Part shown: in pieces, positions 9,026-18,706 of the stretch | Layout: each line of letters starts with the position of its first letter | How positions within the stretch are numbered: position 1 is the first letter of the stretch | Origin: a bacterium | GTDB lineage: Bacteria > Verrucomicrobiota > Kiritimatiellia > CAIKKV01 > CAITUY01 | Assembly: GCA_037132275.1 (NCBI GenBank) | Contig: JBAXPK010000001.1 | Span: 1,369-65,368 of the forward strand | Reading direction: 5' to 3' | DNA length: 64,000 bases | The notes under the pieces: model-generated | The model's database searches: none | What the model saw: the letters and a program-made list of their open reading frames with translations, nothing else | What the model was told of the DNA's origin: nothing | Program-made: the position numbers and the translations under genes

Positions 9026-10423
9026 ATGGGCATCCCGCGCATCATCATCGCCGGAACCGGCAGTGGCGTCGGCAAAACGTCACTGTCGCTGGCGTTGGTA
9101 CGCGCCCTGGCCCGACGTGGGCTGCGCGTGCAGACATTCAAGGTCGGTCCCGATTTCCTGGATCCCACCCACCTGACGCTGGCCTCCGGCAGCCCCTGCT
9201 ACAACCTTGATTCCTGGATGTGCGGCAAGGAGTACGTTGAGCAGCTATTCCAGCGCGTGACGGCACGGGCGGATATCGCGGTCATCGAAGGCGTGATGGG
9301 GTTGTTTGATGGCGACTCGCCGGACACCTCCTCCGGCAGTACGGCAGAAATCGCCCAATGGCTGCAAGCCCCTGTTCTGCTGGTTGTTAATGCCAAGGGC
9401 GCGGCCCGCAGCGTCGGCGCCGTTATCAAGGGGTTTGATACCTTTGAGCCGGGCCTTCACATTGCCGGCGTGATCGCCAACCGGGTGGGCTCCGCCCGAC
9501 ATGCCGACTGGCTGTCCGAAACCGTAACGTCGACCAAGCTCCCGCCCCTGCTTGGGTGTATCCCCGCCAACGCGCTTCCTTCGTTGCCGAGTCGTCATCT
9601 CGGACTGGTTACAGCCGATGCGGCAACCCTGTCCCCCACCCTGCTGGACTCCCTCGCCGATGCCCTCGAGAAACACGTCGACATTGAGGCCGTCCTCAAA
9701 CTGGCACATGCCGCTCCCGCCCTTAGACCCCCGCGGCCTTGTGTCACGGGTGACAAAAGCCCTGATGAGCGCCGCCCTGTTACCATAGGAATCGCTTCCG
9801 ATGCGGCCTTCCACTTCTACTATCCGGATAACCTGGAATGCCTGGAGGCACAGGGTGCGCGGTTGGTTCGTTTTTCGCCCATCAAGGACAACCGGCTTCC
9901 CGACTCCCTGAACGCCTTGTATCTGGGAGGCGGATACCCCGAGGAGTATGCGGGAGACCTCGCACGCAATGTCGGCATGATGGACTCCCTCCGGCAGTTC
10001 GCCATCGCAGGCGGCACCATTTACGCCGAGTGCGGCGGGCTCATGCTCCTGTCGCAAAGCATCGAGACGCTCGACGGTATGATCCACCTGATGGCCGGAC
10101 TGCTCCCGTTCCGAACCCGCATGTGCGCCAAGCGGCAATCGCTGGGTTATACAGAAGTCACCTTGAATGGCGACACGATGTGGGGGCCTGGCGGCTCCCG
10201 GCTGCGCGGCCATGAATTTCACTATTCTGAAATTGTAGGAGCCTCACCGGAAGCCGATGGGAAACCCGCCTATCAGGTTCACTATCGCCGGGAACCGAAG
10301 CCGGTTATGGCCGGGTTTCAACAAGGCCGGGTGCTCGCAGGTTATATCCATCTCCATTTCGCGGCCCATTCCAATGCCGTCCAAACCTTCCTCAACTTTG
10401 CACGAAAAGGCCAACCTTCATGA
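9026..10423 (+). CDS. cbiA: Cobyrinic acid a,c-diamide synthase
   Basis: 465 aa. N-terminal GTGSGVGKT ATPase domain plus a C-terminal glutamine amidotransferase-like domain. Confidence 0.9.
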   Translation: MGIPRIIIAGTGSGVGKTSLSLALVRALARRGLRVQTFKVGPDFLDPTHLTLASGSPCYNLDSWMCGKEYVEQLFQRVTARADIAVIEGVMGLFDGDSPDTSSGSTAEIAQWLQAPVLLVVNAKGAARSVGAVIKGFDTFEPGLHIAGVIANRVGSARHADWLSETVTSTKLPPLLGCIPANALPSLPSRHLGLVTADAATLSPTLLDSLADALEKHVDIEAVLKLAHAAPALRPPRPCVTGDKSPDERRPVTIGIASDAAFHFYYPDNLECLEAQGARLVRFSPIKDNRLPDSLNALYLGGGYPEEYAGDLARNVGMMDSLRQFAIAGGTIYAECGGLMLLSQSIETLDGMIHLMAGLLPFRTRMCAKRQSLGYTEVTLNGDTMWGPGGSRLRGHEFHYSEIVGASPEADGKPAYQVHYRREPKPVMAGFQQGRVLAGYIHLHFAAHSNAVQTFLNFARKGQPS

Positions 10424-11103
10424 ATAAATCCCTGATCCATAACTTTCTGGCGAAGCCCATGTCCGGCACCGAAATCGAAAAAAGGTCGTTCGAGATCATC
10501 GACGCCGAAATGGGCCAGCCCAAAGTTCCGCGCGACCAGTGGGAAGTCATCCGCCGCATGATACACACCTGCGGCGATACCAGCATCGCCCCGCTTGTCC
10601 GGTTTTCACCCCACGCCATCCGGGCCGGAGTGGCTGCCCTGCGTGAAGGCGCCCCACTCTACGTGGACTCCAATATGATCCGGGGCGGTCTGTCCCTGGC
10701 CCGCCTGCGCAGCGTGAACCCGGCCTACACCTCCGAGCGGATCATCTGTAACGTGGCGGCGCCCGACGTCGCTGCGGAATCGACCCGAACCGGCCTGCCC
10801 CGCTCCTACTTTGCCGTACGCAAGGCCCGCGGAACGCTGGATGGCGGCATCGCCGTCTTTGGAAATGCCCCCGTGGCGCTCCTGGAAATCAACCGCATGA
10901 TCACGGAAGGCGAACTCCGGCCAGCCCTCGTGATCGGGTTGCCCGTCGGGTTCGTTCATGTGGAGGAAAGCAAAACCGAACTTTTATCCCTACCTGTGCC
11001 GTACATCGTCATGACCGGCCGACGCGGTGGCAGCACCCTGGCAGTCAGCATCATTCACGCCCTCTGCACCGTCGCCGGATGGACACTGGAGACTGGTGAA
11101 TGA
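10420..11103 (+). CDS. cbiC: Cobalt-precorrin-8 methylmutase
   Basis: 227 aa CbiC/CobH family. 4-nt overlap with cbiA. Confidence 0.85.
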   Translation: MNKSLIHNFLAKPMSGTEIEKRSFEIIDAEMGQPKVPRDQWEVIRRMIHTCGDTSIAPLVRFSPHAIRAGVAALREGAPLYVDSNMIRGGLSLARLRSVNPAYTSERIICNVAAPDVAAESTRTGLPRSYFAVRKARGTLDGGIAVFGNAPVALLEINRMITEGELRPALVIGLPVGFVHVEESKTELLSLPVPYIVMTGRRGGSTLAVSIIHALCTVAGWTLETGE

Positions 11104-12248
11104 CGGCCCTGCGGTCAGGATATACCACGGGAGCTTGTGCCGCTGCTGCGGCCAAGGCGGCGGCCATTGCCCTAATCGAGAATCGGCTAGTCACCTCCGT
11201 GGACATCCCGTTTCCTGATGGATCCCGAGCAACGTTCGCCATCGCCAGCCCCCCGCGCCCTTGTGTCGCAGGTGAACAAGATTGGCAGACAGCGCAAGCG
11301 TTTGCCTCCAAGCGTCCGTTCCTGCCGCACGAAGCGGCAGGAGACTTGGCTAGGGACAATGTCACCGCATCCGCCGCCGTTAAAAAGGATGCAGGCGATG
11401 ACCCTGACGTTACCGACGGGGTATTGATCGTCGCCACTGTGGCCCGGAACGATTCCGGAGAAATACTCTTTTGCGCCGGCGAGGGTGTGGGCACCGTCAC
11501 CAAACCCGGTCTCCAAATTCCGCCCGGCCAACCGGCCATTAATCCCGGCCCACGCAGAATGATCTGCGCAGCATTGAGGGAAGTAACACCCGACGGCCTG
11601 AATGTCACCCTATCCATTCCCGGTGGCCGCGAGCTGGCCGCCCGGACATTCAACCCGCGCCTGGGCGTCGTGGATGGGCTTTCCATTCTTGGAACGTCCG
11701 GCCAGGTCCGGCCCTTCAGCGCACCGGCCTTGCGCGACGCCCTGGTTTGCACCCTGAATGTGGCTCTTGCCAGCGGGGTGACGGCTCCAGTCCTGGTCCC
11801 CGGACATATTGGACAGCGTGCCGCCCTCGCCCATTTCAAGGTTACACCGGAACAGGTCATCGAGGTTAGTAATGAGTGGGGGTTCATGCTGGAACAGGCG
11901 GCCGCTCAAAAAATCTGGCCATGCCTGCTGCTGGTGGGACACCCCGGAAAATTGGCCAAGCTCGCGGAAGGCCATTGGGAAACCCATTCGGCCCAATCCC
12001 CCACGGTTCTGCCCTTCATAAGCCGGTTGGCGGCGACGCTGGGCATTCAGACCTCGACCGAGGTCACGACGGCCGAAGGCCTTTTTCTGGCTCTACCCGA
12101 GCCCCGGCGGAAGGCACTCGCCGACCGGTTGGCGTCCGATATTCAAGCGGCGGTCGGGACCCGGACAGGGAAGACCATTGCCGTCATGCTCGTTTCGATG
12201 AATGGGGAAAAACTCGGCACGGGAGGAGAGCTGTCGCCATGGCTATGA
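11100..12248 (+). CDS. cbiD: Cobalt-precorrin-5B (C1)-methyltransferase
   Basis: N-terminal motif RSGYTTGACAAAAAKAA is diagnostic of CbiD. Confidence 0.9.
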   Translation: MTALRSGYTTGACAAAAAKAAAIALIENRLVTSVDIPFPDGSRATFAIASPPRPCVAGEQDWQTAQAFASKRPFLPHEAAGDLARDNVTASAAVKKDAGDDPDVTDGVLIVATVARNDSGEILFCAGEGVGTVTKPGLQIPPGQPAINPGPRRMICAALREVTPDGLNVTLSIPGGRELAARTFNPRLGVVDGLSILGTSGQVRPFSAPALRDALVCTLNVALASGVTAPVLVPGHIGQRAALAHFKVTPEQVIEVSNEWGFMLEQAAAQKIWPCLLLVGHPGKLAKLAEGHWETHSAQSPTVLPFISRLAATLGIQTSTEVTTAEGLFLALPEPRRKALADRLASDIQAAVGTRTGKTIAVMLVSMNGEKLGTGGELSPWL

Positions 12249-12877
12249 AAAAACACCGGATTACCATCGTCGGCTGCGGACCGGGCGGGCTCGATTATAT
12301 GACCCCTGCCGCTCATGCCGCCATCCAGCAGGCCGATGTGCTGGTCGGGGCTCACCGGCTGCTGGAATCCTTTCCGGAGAGTCCGGCAACTCGGATTCCT
12401 GTTGGCGCCCATGTGGCCCCGGTGCTTGACCAGATGGAGTCCCATCACGGGAAGCGGATCGCGGTACTCGTCACCGGCGATCCCGGGCTGTGCAGCCTGG
12501 CCAAGCCCGTGGTCGGCCGCTTCGGTCGCGCGTCATGCCGGATCATTCCGGGGATCAGTTCCATCCAGACGGCGTTCGCGCGGGCGGGAACCGACTGGCT
12601 CGACGCCCGGATCATCAACGCGCACGGGGGCAATCCCCCGGTGCCTGCGGCCAGTCTGGCCGGCATCCCCAAGCTGGCCGTTCTGGCCGGCCACCCCAAG
12701 TGCCGGCGCTGGCTGAATGACATCGCCGCAACGTTGGGGAACCGCTATCGCATCGTGATTTGTGAAAACCTGACGCTCCCCGAAGAACGGGTGCGCACGG
12801 TGACCCCGGCCACCTTGAAGACGTTCAGGATGCCAAGCCGCTGCATTGTCCTGTGGATAGAAAAGAGGGAAACATGA
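12239..12877 (+). CDS. cbiE: Cobalt-precorrin-7 (C5)-methyltransferase
   Basis: The ORF-track 11876 start overlaps cbiD. The real start is ATG 12239/12245 (MAMKKHRITIVGCGPGG), a tetrapyrrole methylase fold. No fused or adjacent cbiT. Confidence 0.8.
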   Translation: MAMKKHRITIVGCGPGGLDYMTPAAHAAIQQADVLVGAHRLLESFPESPATRIPVGAHVAPVLDQMESHHGKRIAVLVTGDPGLCSLAKPVVGRFGRASCRIIPGISSIQTAFARAGTDWLDARIINAHGGNPPVPAASLAGIPKLAVLAGHPKCRRWLNDIAATLGNRYRIVICENLTLPEERVRTVTPATLKTFRMPSRCIVLWIEKRET

Positions 12878-13602
12878 AACTGGGAACATTTTACGGAATC
12901 GGGGTGGGTCCCGGTGATTCGGAACTTATTACCGTCAAGGGTGCCAACCTGCTCAAGCAAAGCCGCCATGTGTTTGTCCCCAAGGCGCGCATTGCCTCCG
13001 ACAGCGTGGCGCTCGCCATTGCCCGGAATTATCTCGCCCCTGACGCGCTGGTTCATGAACTGGTCTTTCCCATGACCCACAACGAGGATGAACTGTCGCG
13101 GCGCTGGGTTGAATCTGCGGAGGCAGTGGCCGCCGTGCTGTTGACCGGCGAAGATGCCTGCTTTCTGACGCTGGGCGATCCCCTGGTTTACTCCACCTAC
13201 ATCTATCTCCTTCGCGCCCTTCGCCAGCGCCTGCCGGAATTGAATGCGATCACGATCCCGGGCATCACCTCCTTCTGTGCCGCCGCCGCCCTCACCAGTT
13301 TCCCGCTCGGCGAAAAAAAAGAACTGATCACCGTGGTCCCGACAGCGGATGATCTGGAACCCGTGCGGGAAGCTCTCCGGAAAGGCGGCACGGTTATCCT
13401 GATGAAGATCGGGGAACGCCTGGCGGACATCGTGGGGATTCTGGAAGAAACTGCGCTAATCGATCGCGCTGTCTTTGTGGCCCGCGCCGGACAGGACGGC
13501 CAGCGGGTGGAAACTGACCTGAGGAAATTGAATTTGAAGGAGGAACGAACCGGGTATCTTTCACTCATCCTGGTTCACGCCTCGGGAAGAAACCCTTCAT
13601 GA
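12874..13602 (+). CDS. cbiL: Cobalt-precorrin-2 C20-methyltransferase
   Basis: MKLGTFYGIGVGPGDSELITVKG. ATGA overlap with cbiE. Confidence 0.85.
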   Translation: MKLGTFYGIGVGPGDSELITVKGANLLKQSRHVFVPKARIASDSVALAIARNYLAPDALVHELVFPMTHNEDELSRRWVESAEAVAAVLLTGEDACFLTLGDPLVYSTYIYLLRALRQRLPELNAITIPGITSFCAAAALTSFPLGEKKELITVVPTADDLEPVREALRKGGTVILMKIGERLADIVGILEETALIDRAVFVARAGQDGQRVETDLRKLNLKEERTGYLSLILVHASGRNPS

Positions 13603-14357
13603 AAGTGATCTTTGTTGGTGCCGGGCCCGGTGACCCGGATCTGTTGACCGTGAAGGCGGCCACGCTGTTGTCGTCATGCCGGTGCTGTGTTTACGCCGGC
13701 TCCCTGGTCAGTCCTGACGTTCTGGCCCTGATCCCCTCCGGTGCGGAAACCCATGATTCGGCGGGCATGACGTTGGAGGAAGTGGTGGCGGTATGCCGAT
13801 CGGCCCTGGACAGGGATATGGACGTCATCAGGCTTCACACCGGCGACCCCTCCATCTACGGCGCGATCCGCGAACAGATGAACGAATTGGACAAATTAGG
13901 CATCGCCTACGAGGTGGTGCCCGGTGTCAGTTCATTCCAAGCGGCCGCAGCGGCGTTGAAAACCGAACTTACGGCGCCCGAGGTGGCACAGACCATCATT
14001 CTGACGCGCTCCTCGGGTCGTACGCCGGTCCCCCCTGAACAGGAGTTGGAGAAACTTGCAGAATCGCGCTCCACGCTCTGCCTGTTCCTATCGGTTGGCA
14101 ACATGGGCAGCATGGCCGCCAAACTGGCCAAACACTACGGCAACGATTGCCCGATAGGAGTTGTGTTCCATGCCTCCTGGCCGGATCAGGTGATTCTAAG
14201 AGGAACCCTCGCCGACATCGCCGGACAAGTGGAAGCCGCCCATATCAGCAAGACGGCCATGATCATTGTCGGGCGGACGCTGACCAGAGATATCCCGGCG
14301 TCGAAGTTGTACGACGCTTCGTTCTCGCATGAATACCGGAAGGCCAAAACCCCGTGA
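13599..14357 (+). CDS. cbiF: Cobalt-precorrin-4 C11-methyltransferase
   Basis: MKVIFVGAGPGDPDLLTVKA... ATGA overlap with cbiL. Confidence 0.9.
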   Translation: MKVIFVGAGPGDPDLLTVKAATLLSSCRCCVYAGSLVSPDVLALIPSGAETHDSAGMTLEEVVAVCRSALDRDMDVIRLHTGDPSIYGAIREQMNELDKLGIAYEVVPGVSSFQAAAAALKTELTAPEVAQTIILTRSSGRTPVPPEQELEKLAESRSTLCLFLSVGNMGSMAAKLAKHYGNDCPIGVVFHASWPDQVILRGTLADIAGQVEAAHISKTAMIIVGRTLTRDIPASKLYDASFSHEYRKAKTP

Positions 14358-15130
14358 ACCCGACCGCAGTCATCACCCTCTCTGAAACCGGCGCCCAAAA
14401 AGCCATCCGCCTGGTGAAAGCGCTCGGCGGGGCCGATCTTTATGTGCATAATATCGTACCGGTGCGCTACGGTGGGCGGAGATTCAGCACCGTCCAGACT
14501 CTGACCCGCCGGATCTTTCATCGCTATAAAAATCTTGTCTACATCCTGCCCACCGGTGTGGTGGTTCGATCGATCGAGGGACTGCTCAAGGGAAAGCTCG
14601 TGGATCCTGCGGTCGTGGTGCTGGATGTAGGCGCCCGCTATGCGATCAGCCTGCTCAGCGGCCATGAAGGGGGCGCCAACAGGCTGGCGCTCCAGGTGGG
14701 CAATATCCTGGCGGCAGAGCCGGTGATTACCACGACCACCGATGCCGAAAAAGATTTGATCATCGGAATCGGTTGCCGGCGCGGTGCGGCGGCGGGCGAC
14801 ATCATCGCGGCAATCCGGTCAGCACTGAAGGAAGTGAAAGCCGATATCCGTCGCGTCCGGTTACTGGCCACGGCGGATATCAAACACAACGAAGAAGGCC
14901 TGCTGGAGGCCGCTGAACTTTTGGGAATAGGACTTCGTCTGGTTGCATCGGAGGAAATCCGGTCGACAGCGAAACAATTCAAGCACACACCGCTGGCGGC
15001 CCGGAAGGTCGGACTCCCGGCGGTGGCAGAGCCCGCCGCCTTACTGGCGGGAAGGAGGACACGATTAATACTAAACAAAACCATCATCCGTCACGTGACG
15101 GTGGCCATTGCCCTGGAAAACTGTTTATAA
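14354..15130 (+). CDS. cbiG: Cobalt-precorrin-5A hydrolase
   Basis: CbiG family. GTG start overlapping the cbiF stop (GTGA). Confidence 0.8.
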   Translation: MNPTAVITLSETGAQKAIRLVKALGGADLYVHNIVPVRYGGRRFSTVQTLTRRIFHRYKNLVYILPTGVVVRSIEGLLKGKLVDPAVVVLDVGARYAISLLSGHEGGANRLALQVGNILAAEPVITTTTDAEKDLIIGIGCRRGAAAGDIIAAIRSALKEVKADIRRVRLLATADIKHNEEGLLEAAELLGIGLRLVASEEIRSTAKQFKHTPLAARKVGLPAVAEPAALLAGRRTRLILNKTIIRHVTVAIALENCL

Positions 15131-15843
15131 TCGGAATCGGTTCGGGCAACCCGATTGACCGCACCCCGGAGGCCGAGGAGGCCATCCGGGCCAGCAGCCT
15201 TATTGTCGGCTATAAACTATACGTGGACTATCTGAACGACTTGGTAGCCGGCAAGGAAGTCTGTTCCACCGGCATGAGGGAAGAGAAACAGCGTTGCAGG
15301 CTGGCCATTGATCGAGCCCGTCAGGGCGCAGTGGTATCACTGATCTCGTCGGGTGATCCCGGCATCTACGGCATGGCGGGGCTTGTCCTTGAAATGCTGG
15401 CCAGTGAACCCCAGCCCGTACCGGTTAAAATCATCCCGGGCGTCTCGGCGGCACAACTCGCCGCCGCGCGGTTGGGCGCCCCGCTGACGCTCGATTACGC
15501 CTGCATCAGTCTGAGCGATCTGCTGGTACCCTGGGAGACCATCCGGGTCCGTCTAGAGGCGGTGGCCGCCGCCGATCTGGTCACGGCCCTCTACAACCCG
15601 CGAAGCATGCGACGCATTTCACAGCTCGAAGAAGCCGTGGCGATTTTCGGGAAACATCGCCCCGAAACTACGCCAGCCGGAATCGCCACCGCGCTTGGCG
15701 CGGCCGATGAGAAGGTCATTCTCACGGACTTGGGTCACTTACTGGAGCATGACATTGATATGCGTACAATCGTCCTGATCGGGAATCGCACCTCCCGAAA
15801 CTTGAATGGGTGGTTCGTAACCCCCAGAGGATACAAACTGTGA
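15115..15843 (+). CDS. cbiH: Cobalt-precorrin-3B C17-methyltransferase; start codon unresolved
   Basis: The conserved N-terminus GKLFIIGIGSGNPIDRTPEAEEAIRASSLIVGYKLYVDYL is in frame from about 15115 but has no ATG/GTG/TTG. The first ATG is at 15223, downstream of the GxGxG motif. Confidence 0.75.
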   Translation, partial: GKLFIIGIGSGNPIDRTPEAEEAIRASSLIVGYKLYVDYLNDLVAGKEVCSTGMREEKQRCRLAIDRARQGAVVSLISSGDPGIYGMAGLVLEMLASEPQPVPVKIIPGVSAAQLAAARLGAPLTLDYACISLSDLLVPWETIRVRLEAVAAADLVTALYNPRSMRRISQLEEAVAIFGKHRPETTPAGIATALGAADEKVILTDLGHLLEHDIDMRTIVLIGNRTSRNLNGWFVTPRGYKL

Positions 15844-16613
15844 TTCTTCTTTTGGGAGGCACAACCGAAACGGCCAGTGTGGCCCAGGCGCTCGCAGAGT
15901 CGGGCTGTCAGGTGCTGGTCTCAATGGCCACGGATATTGCACTGGCGGTGGGAACGCATCCGGCCATCCGTCTGCGACAGGGGCGGATGGACGAGGCCGC
16001 CATGGCCGCCCTGATTTCCCAGGAGAAGATTACCGCCCTGGTTGATGTCACCCATCCCTACGCCACCGAAGTCCGGGCCACGGCGGAGCGGGTTGCCCGC
16101 AGTTCGGACATTCCGTATTTTACCTACGTACGGCCGGCCGGCTGTCTTACCCGTGGCGGGGATGTGCTCGCGGTGGACGACCATGCCGCCGCCGCACGCC
16201 TGGCCTGCGGATTCGGAAAGCCCATTCTCCTGACGATCGGATCCCGTCACGTTGCGGATTATGTCCGACCGGCAAGGAATGCCGGACTGACGGTCATCGC
16301 CCGGGTTCTTTCCCATCCCGAATCCCTGGCAGCCTGCGAAGAGGCGGGGCTATCAAAAGACCAGATCATCACCGGACGCGGCCCTTTCACCACCGGGGAA
16401 AACCGCGAGTTGATCCGGCGTTTTTCAATCGGCGTCGTGGTCACCAAAGACAGCGGGAACGCTGGCGGATTCCAGGCCAAGCGCGAGGCGGCCCTATTGG
16501 AATCCTGTCATTTCATCGTCGTCGGCCGCGCCCCCGTCACCTCACCCAACGCCTTTGATCGAATTGAGACCCTGATACAAGCCATCCTTCACGTGTTGCC
16601 TGCTGATGCATAG
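15838..16613 (+). CDS. cbiJ: Cobalt-precorrin-6A reductase
   Basis: CbiJ/CobK family (VILLLGGTTE...). Probable GTG start at 15838 overlapping the cbiH TGA; alternative ATG at 15810. Confidence 0.8.
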
Positions 16614-16622
16614 GAAAATATT

Positions 16623-16991
16623 ATGAATAAAACATGCTTGATTCTACTCACCCATGGAAGCAAACGCCCAAGTTGGCTCAAGCCGTTTCAAAGCTTGTTG
16701 CGGAAATTGCGGAAAGAAACCGGCAAGTCCAATATACATCTGGCGCACATGGAACTCGCATCACCATCCCTCGAGGATATCGTGGAACTGGCAGCAAAAG
16801 AGGGTATCAAAAACATCCGTGTTCTGCCGTTATTCATGTCCAGTGGAACCCATCTTATCAAGGACATTCCCGACAAGGTAAAGGCCCTGACCCGCAAACA
16901 TCGGGGACTCAAGATTGAAACATTGCCGCCGCTGGGGTCCCATCCCCGGTTTCTCAAGATGATGCTGGAATTGGCTGAGGAATACGTCTGA
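16623..16991 (+). CDS. cbiX: Sirohydrochlorin cobaltochelatase, small form (CbiX-S)
   Basis: 122 aa. [11 protein letters not shown]...[13 protein letters not shown] clearly lower than the flanking cbi genes. Confidence 0.8.
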   Translation: MNKTCLILLTHGSKRPSWLKPFQSLLRKLRKETGKSNIHLAHMELASPSLEDIVELAAKEGIKNIRVLPLFMSSGTHLIKDIPDKVKALTRKHRGLKIETLPPLGSHPRFLKMMLELAEEYV

Positions 16992-17668
16992 TGCACATTA
17001 TGGAAGGGTATTTACCGTTTGCCCATGCGGCCGGATGGTGGGTAGTTTCCCTGCCGTTTATGGCGGCGGGTGTTCGCTCACTCAAACGCATCGTCCGGGA
17101 AACCCCCTCGGCACGGGCTCTACTGGGCACCTCCAGCGCATTCGTTTTTGTCCTATCGGCCCTGAAACTGCCATCGGTCACAGGAAGTTGCTCCCACCCA
17201 ACCGGAACCGGATTCGGCGCGATCCTGTTCGGGCCATCGGTCATGGCGGTGCTGGGTTCCATTGTCCTGCTGTTTCAGGCCCTGTTGCTGGCCCACGGAG
17301 GCCTCACCACGCTGGGGGCGAATGCCTTTTCCATGGCCATCGTCGGCCCCTGGGTGGCGTACGGTCTCTTTCACGGACTGCGCCGGTGCGGCGCGTCGTT
17401 CTCATTGACTGTCTTTCTGGCAACGACCCTGGGCGACCTCATGACGTATGTGTGCACCTCCGCCCAACTCGCATTGGCTTTCCCTGATACCACAAGCGGA
17501 TTCATCGGCGCATTCGTAAAATTTCTAGTCATATTCGCTGTGACCCAGATTCCTATCGCTGTGGCCGAGGGATTGGTAACGGTCGTCCTGATGAATGCAC
17601 TGAAGTCCTATAATCTTAAAGAACTGCAGGGACTTCATGTGCTGCCCTCGCAAGGACTCGACCCATGA
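16991..17668 (+). CDS. cbiM: Cobalt ECF transporter substrate-capture component
   Basis: [10 protein letters not shown]-terminus and polytopic membrane topology. Confidence 0.9.
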   Translation: MHIMEGYLPFAHAAGWWVVSLPFMAAGVRSLKRIVRETPSARALLGTSSAFVFVLSALKLPSVTGSCSHPTGTGFGAILFGPSVMAVLGSIVLLFQALLLAHGGLTTLGANAFSMAIVGPWVAYGLFHGLRRCGASFSLTVFLATTLGDLMTYVCTSAQLALAFPDTTSGFIGAFVKFLVIFAVTQIPIAVAEGLVTVVLMNALKSYNLKELQGLHVLPSQGLDP

Positions 17669-17946
17669 AAACCACCCTCATCATTCTCGCCATCGTTTTT
17701 CTGGTAAGCCTGCCGTTGGTCTTGCATCGACCCAAGGCTGGCACGGAGTCCTTTGGTGGTGCAGATGACAAGGCCCGGGCGGAAGTGGAACGTATGCATC
17801 CGGATTACAAGCCATGGGTTCAGCCGCTTTGGAATCCGCCCAGCGGCGAGATTGCCACCCTACTCTTTTCACTCCAGGCGGCTATTGGCGCGGGAGCCAT
17901 CGGCTATTACCTGGGTTATCTCAAGGGACGGGGAAAGAAAGACTAG
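17665..17946 (+). CDS. cbiN: Cobalt transport protein CbiN
   Basis: 93 aa, two TM segments, operon position between cbiM and cbiQ. Confidence 0.8.
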   Translation: MKTTLIILAIVFLVSLPLVLHRPKAGTESFGGADDKARAEVERMHPDYKPWVQPLWNPPSGEIATLLFSLQAAIGAGAIGYYLGYLKGRGKKD

Positions 17947-17947
17947 C

Positions 17948-18706
17948 ATGGTTCATTTAATGGATTGTTATGCCTACACCAGCCGGTGGCGACTTCGTCA
18001 TCCGGCGGAAAAGGCGGCTTTCGCCGGAGGCCTGCTCCTGCTGAGCTTCTTCATGCCCCTTTCAGGTTTACTGATAATCCTACTGATGGTCAGTCTTGTA
18101 GCCTTGCTTGGCGCGCGTATCCCCTATGCACTTTATGGACGAGTGATGGCCATTCCCATGGCGTTCATCCTAATCGGAGCCTCATCGCTGCTGGTTACCC
18201 TGTCCTTTCATTCCGGCCTGATTCACTTCGGCTTAACAAACGATGGAGTTATCCCAGCCATTCGATTGGTGGCGCGCGCTATGGCCGCCGCTTCATGTTT
18301 GATTTTCTTTTCACTCACCACCCCCACGGCTGACTGGATGCCGCTGCTCCGGAAGTTTTATGTGCCAACGGTAGTCGTGGATCTGATGATGATGACCTAC
18401 CGGCACTTATTCGTATTTGCCGAACGCCTGTCCACACTCCAGCAGGCTCAGGCTGCGCGGCTTGGCAACCTCACCTTCAAGAGCCGGATACGCACCACAG
18501 GCTTGATCGGGGCCAACTTGTTCATCCGGTCACTGGATCGTGCCCGACGCATCGAACTCGGCATGGAGGCGCGCTGCTATAATGGCGAGATTCCCTGCCT
18601 GCCATTTGAGCGAAAACCATCCCTGCCGATTATCATCGGTGTGCTTATTCTCTGCCTTGTCATTGCCTGGATCGGATTCCTAACCAAGAGGTGGCCTTAT
18701 GCCTGA
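17948..18706 (+). CDS. cbiQ: Cobalt ECF transporter transmembrane (T) component
   Basis: The ORF-track 17753 start overlaps cbiN. The real start is ATG 17948 (MVHLMD...). CbiQ/EcfT family. Confidence 0.85.
   Translation: MVHLMDCYAYTSRWRLRHPAEKAAFAGGLLLLSFFMPLSGLLIILLMVSLVALLGARIPYALYGRVMAIPMAFILIGASSLLVTLSFHSGLIHFGLTNDGVIPAIRLVARAMAAASCLIFFSLTTPTADWMPLLRKFYVPTVVVDLMMMTYRHLFVFAERLSTLQQAQAARLGNLTFKSRIRTTGLIGANLFIRSLDRARRIELGMEARCYNGEIPCLPFERKPSLPIIIGVLILCLVIAWIGFLTKRWPYA

Noticed and set aside
9245-10222. 325-aa antisense ORF inside cbiA, and similar long antisense ORFs at 11051..11887, 26056..26832, 43032..44273, 62040..62885, 62933..63718, 914..1534 and 1625..2203
   Set aside because: High-GC DNA yields long stop-free antisense frames. 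Their translations are low-complexity and Arg/Gly/Pro-rich, have no recognisable motifs, and overlap well-supported genes.
11876-12238. Long 5' extension of the cbiE ORF overlapping cbiD
   Set aside because: It overlaps the conserved cbiD C-terminus in another frame. The CbiE homology begins at MAMKKHRITIVGCGPGG (12239).
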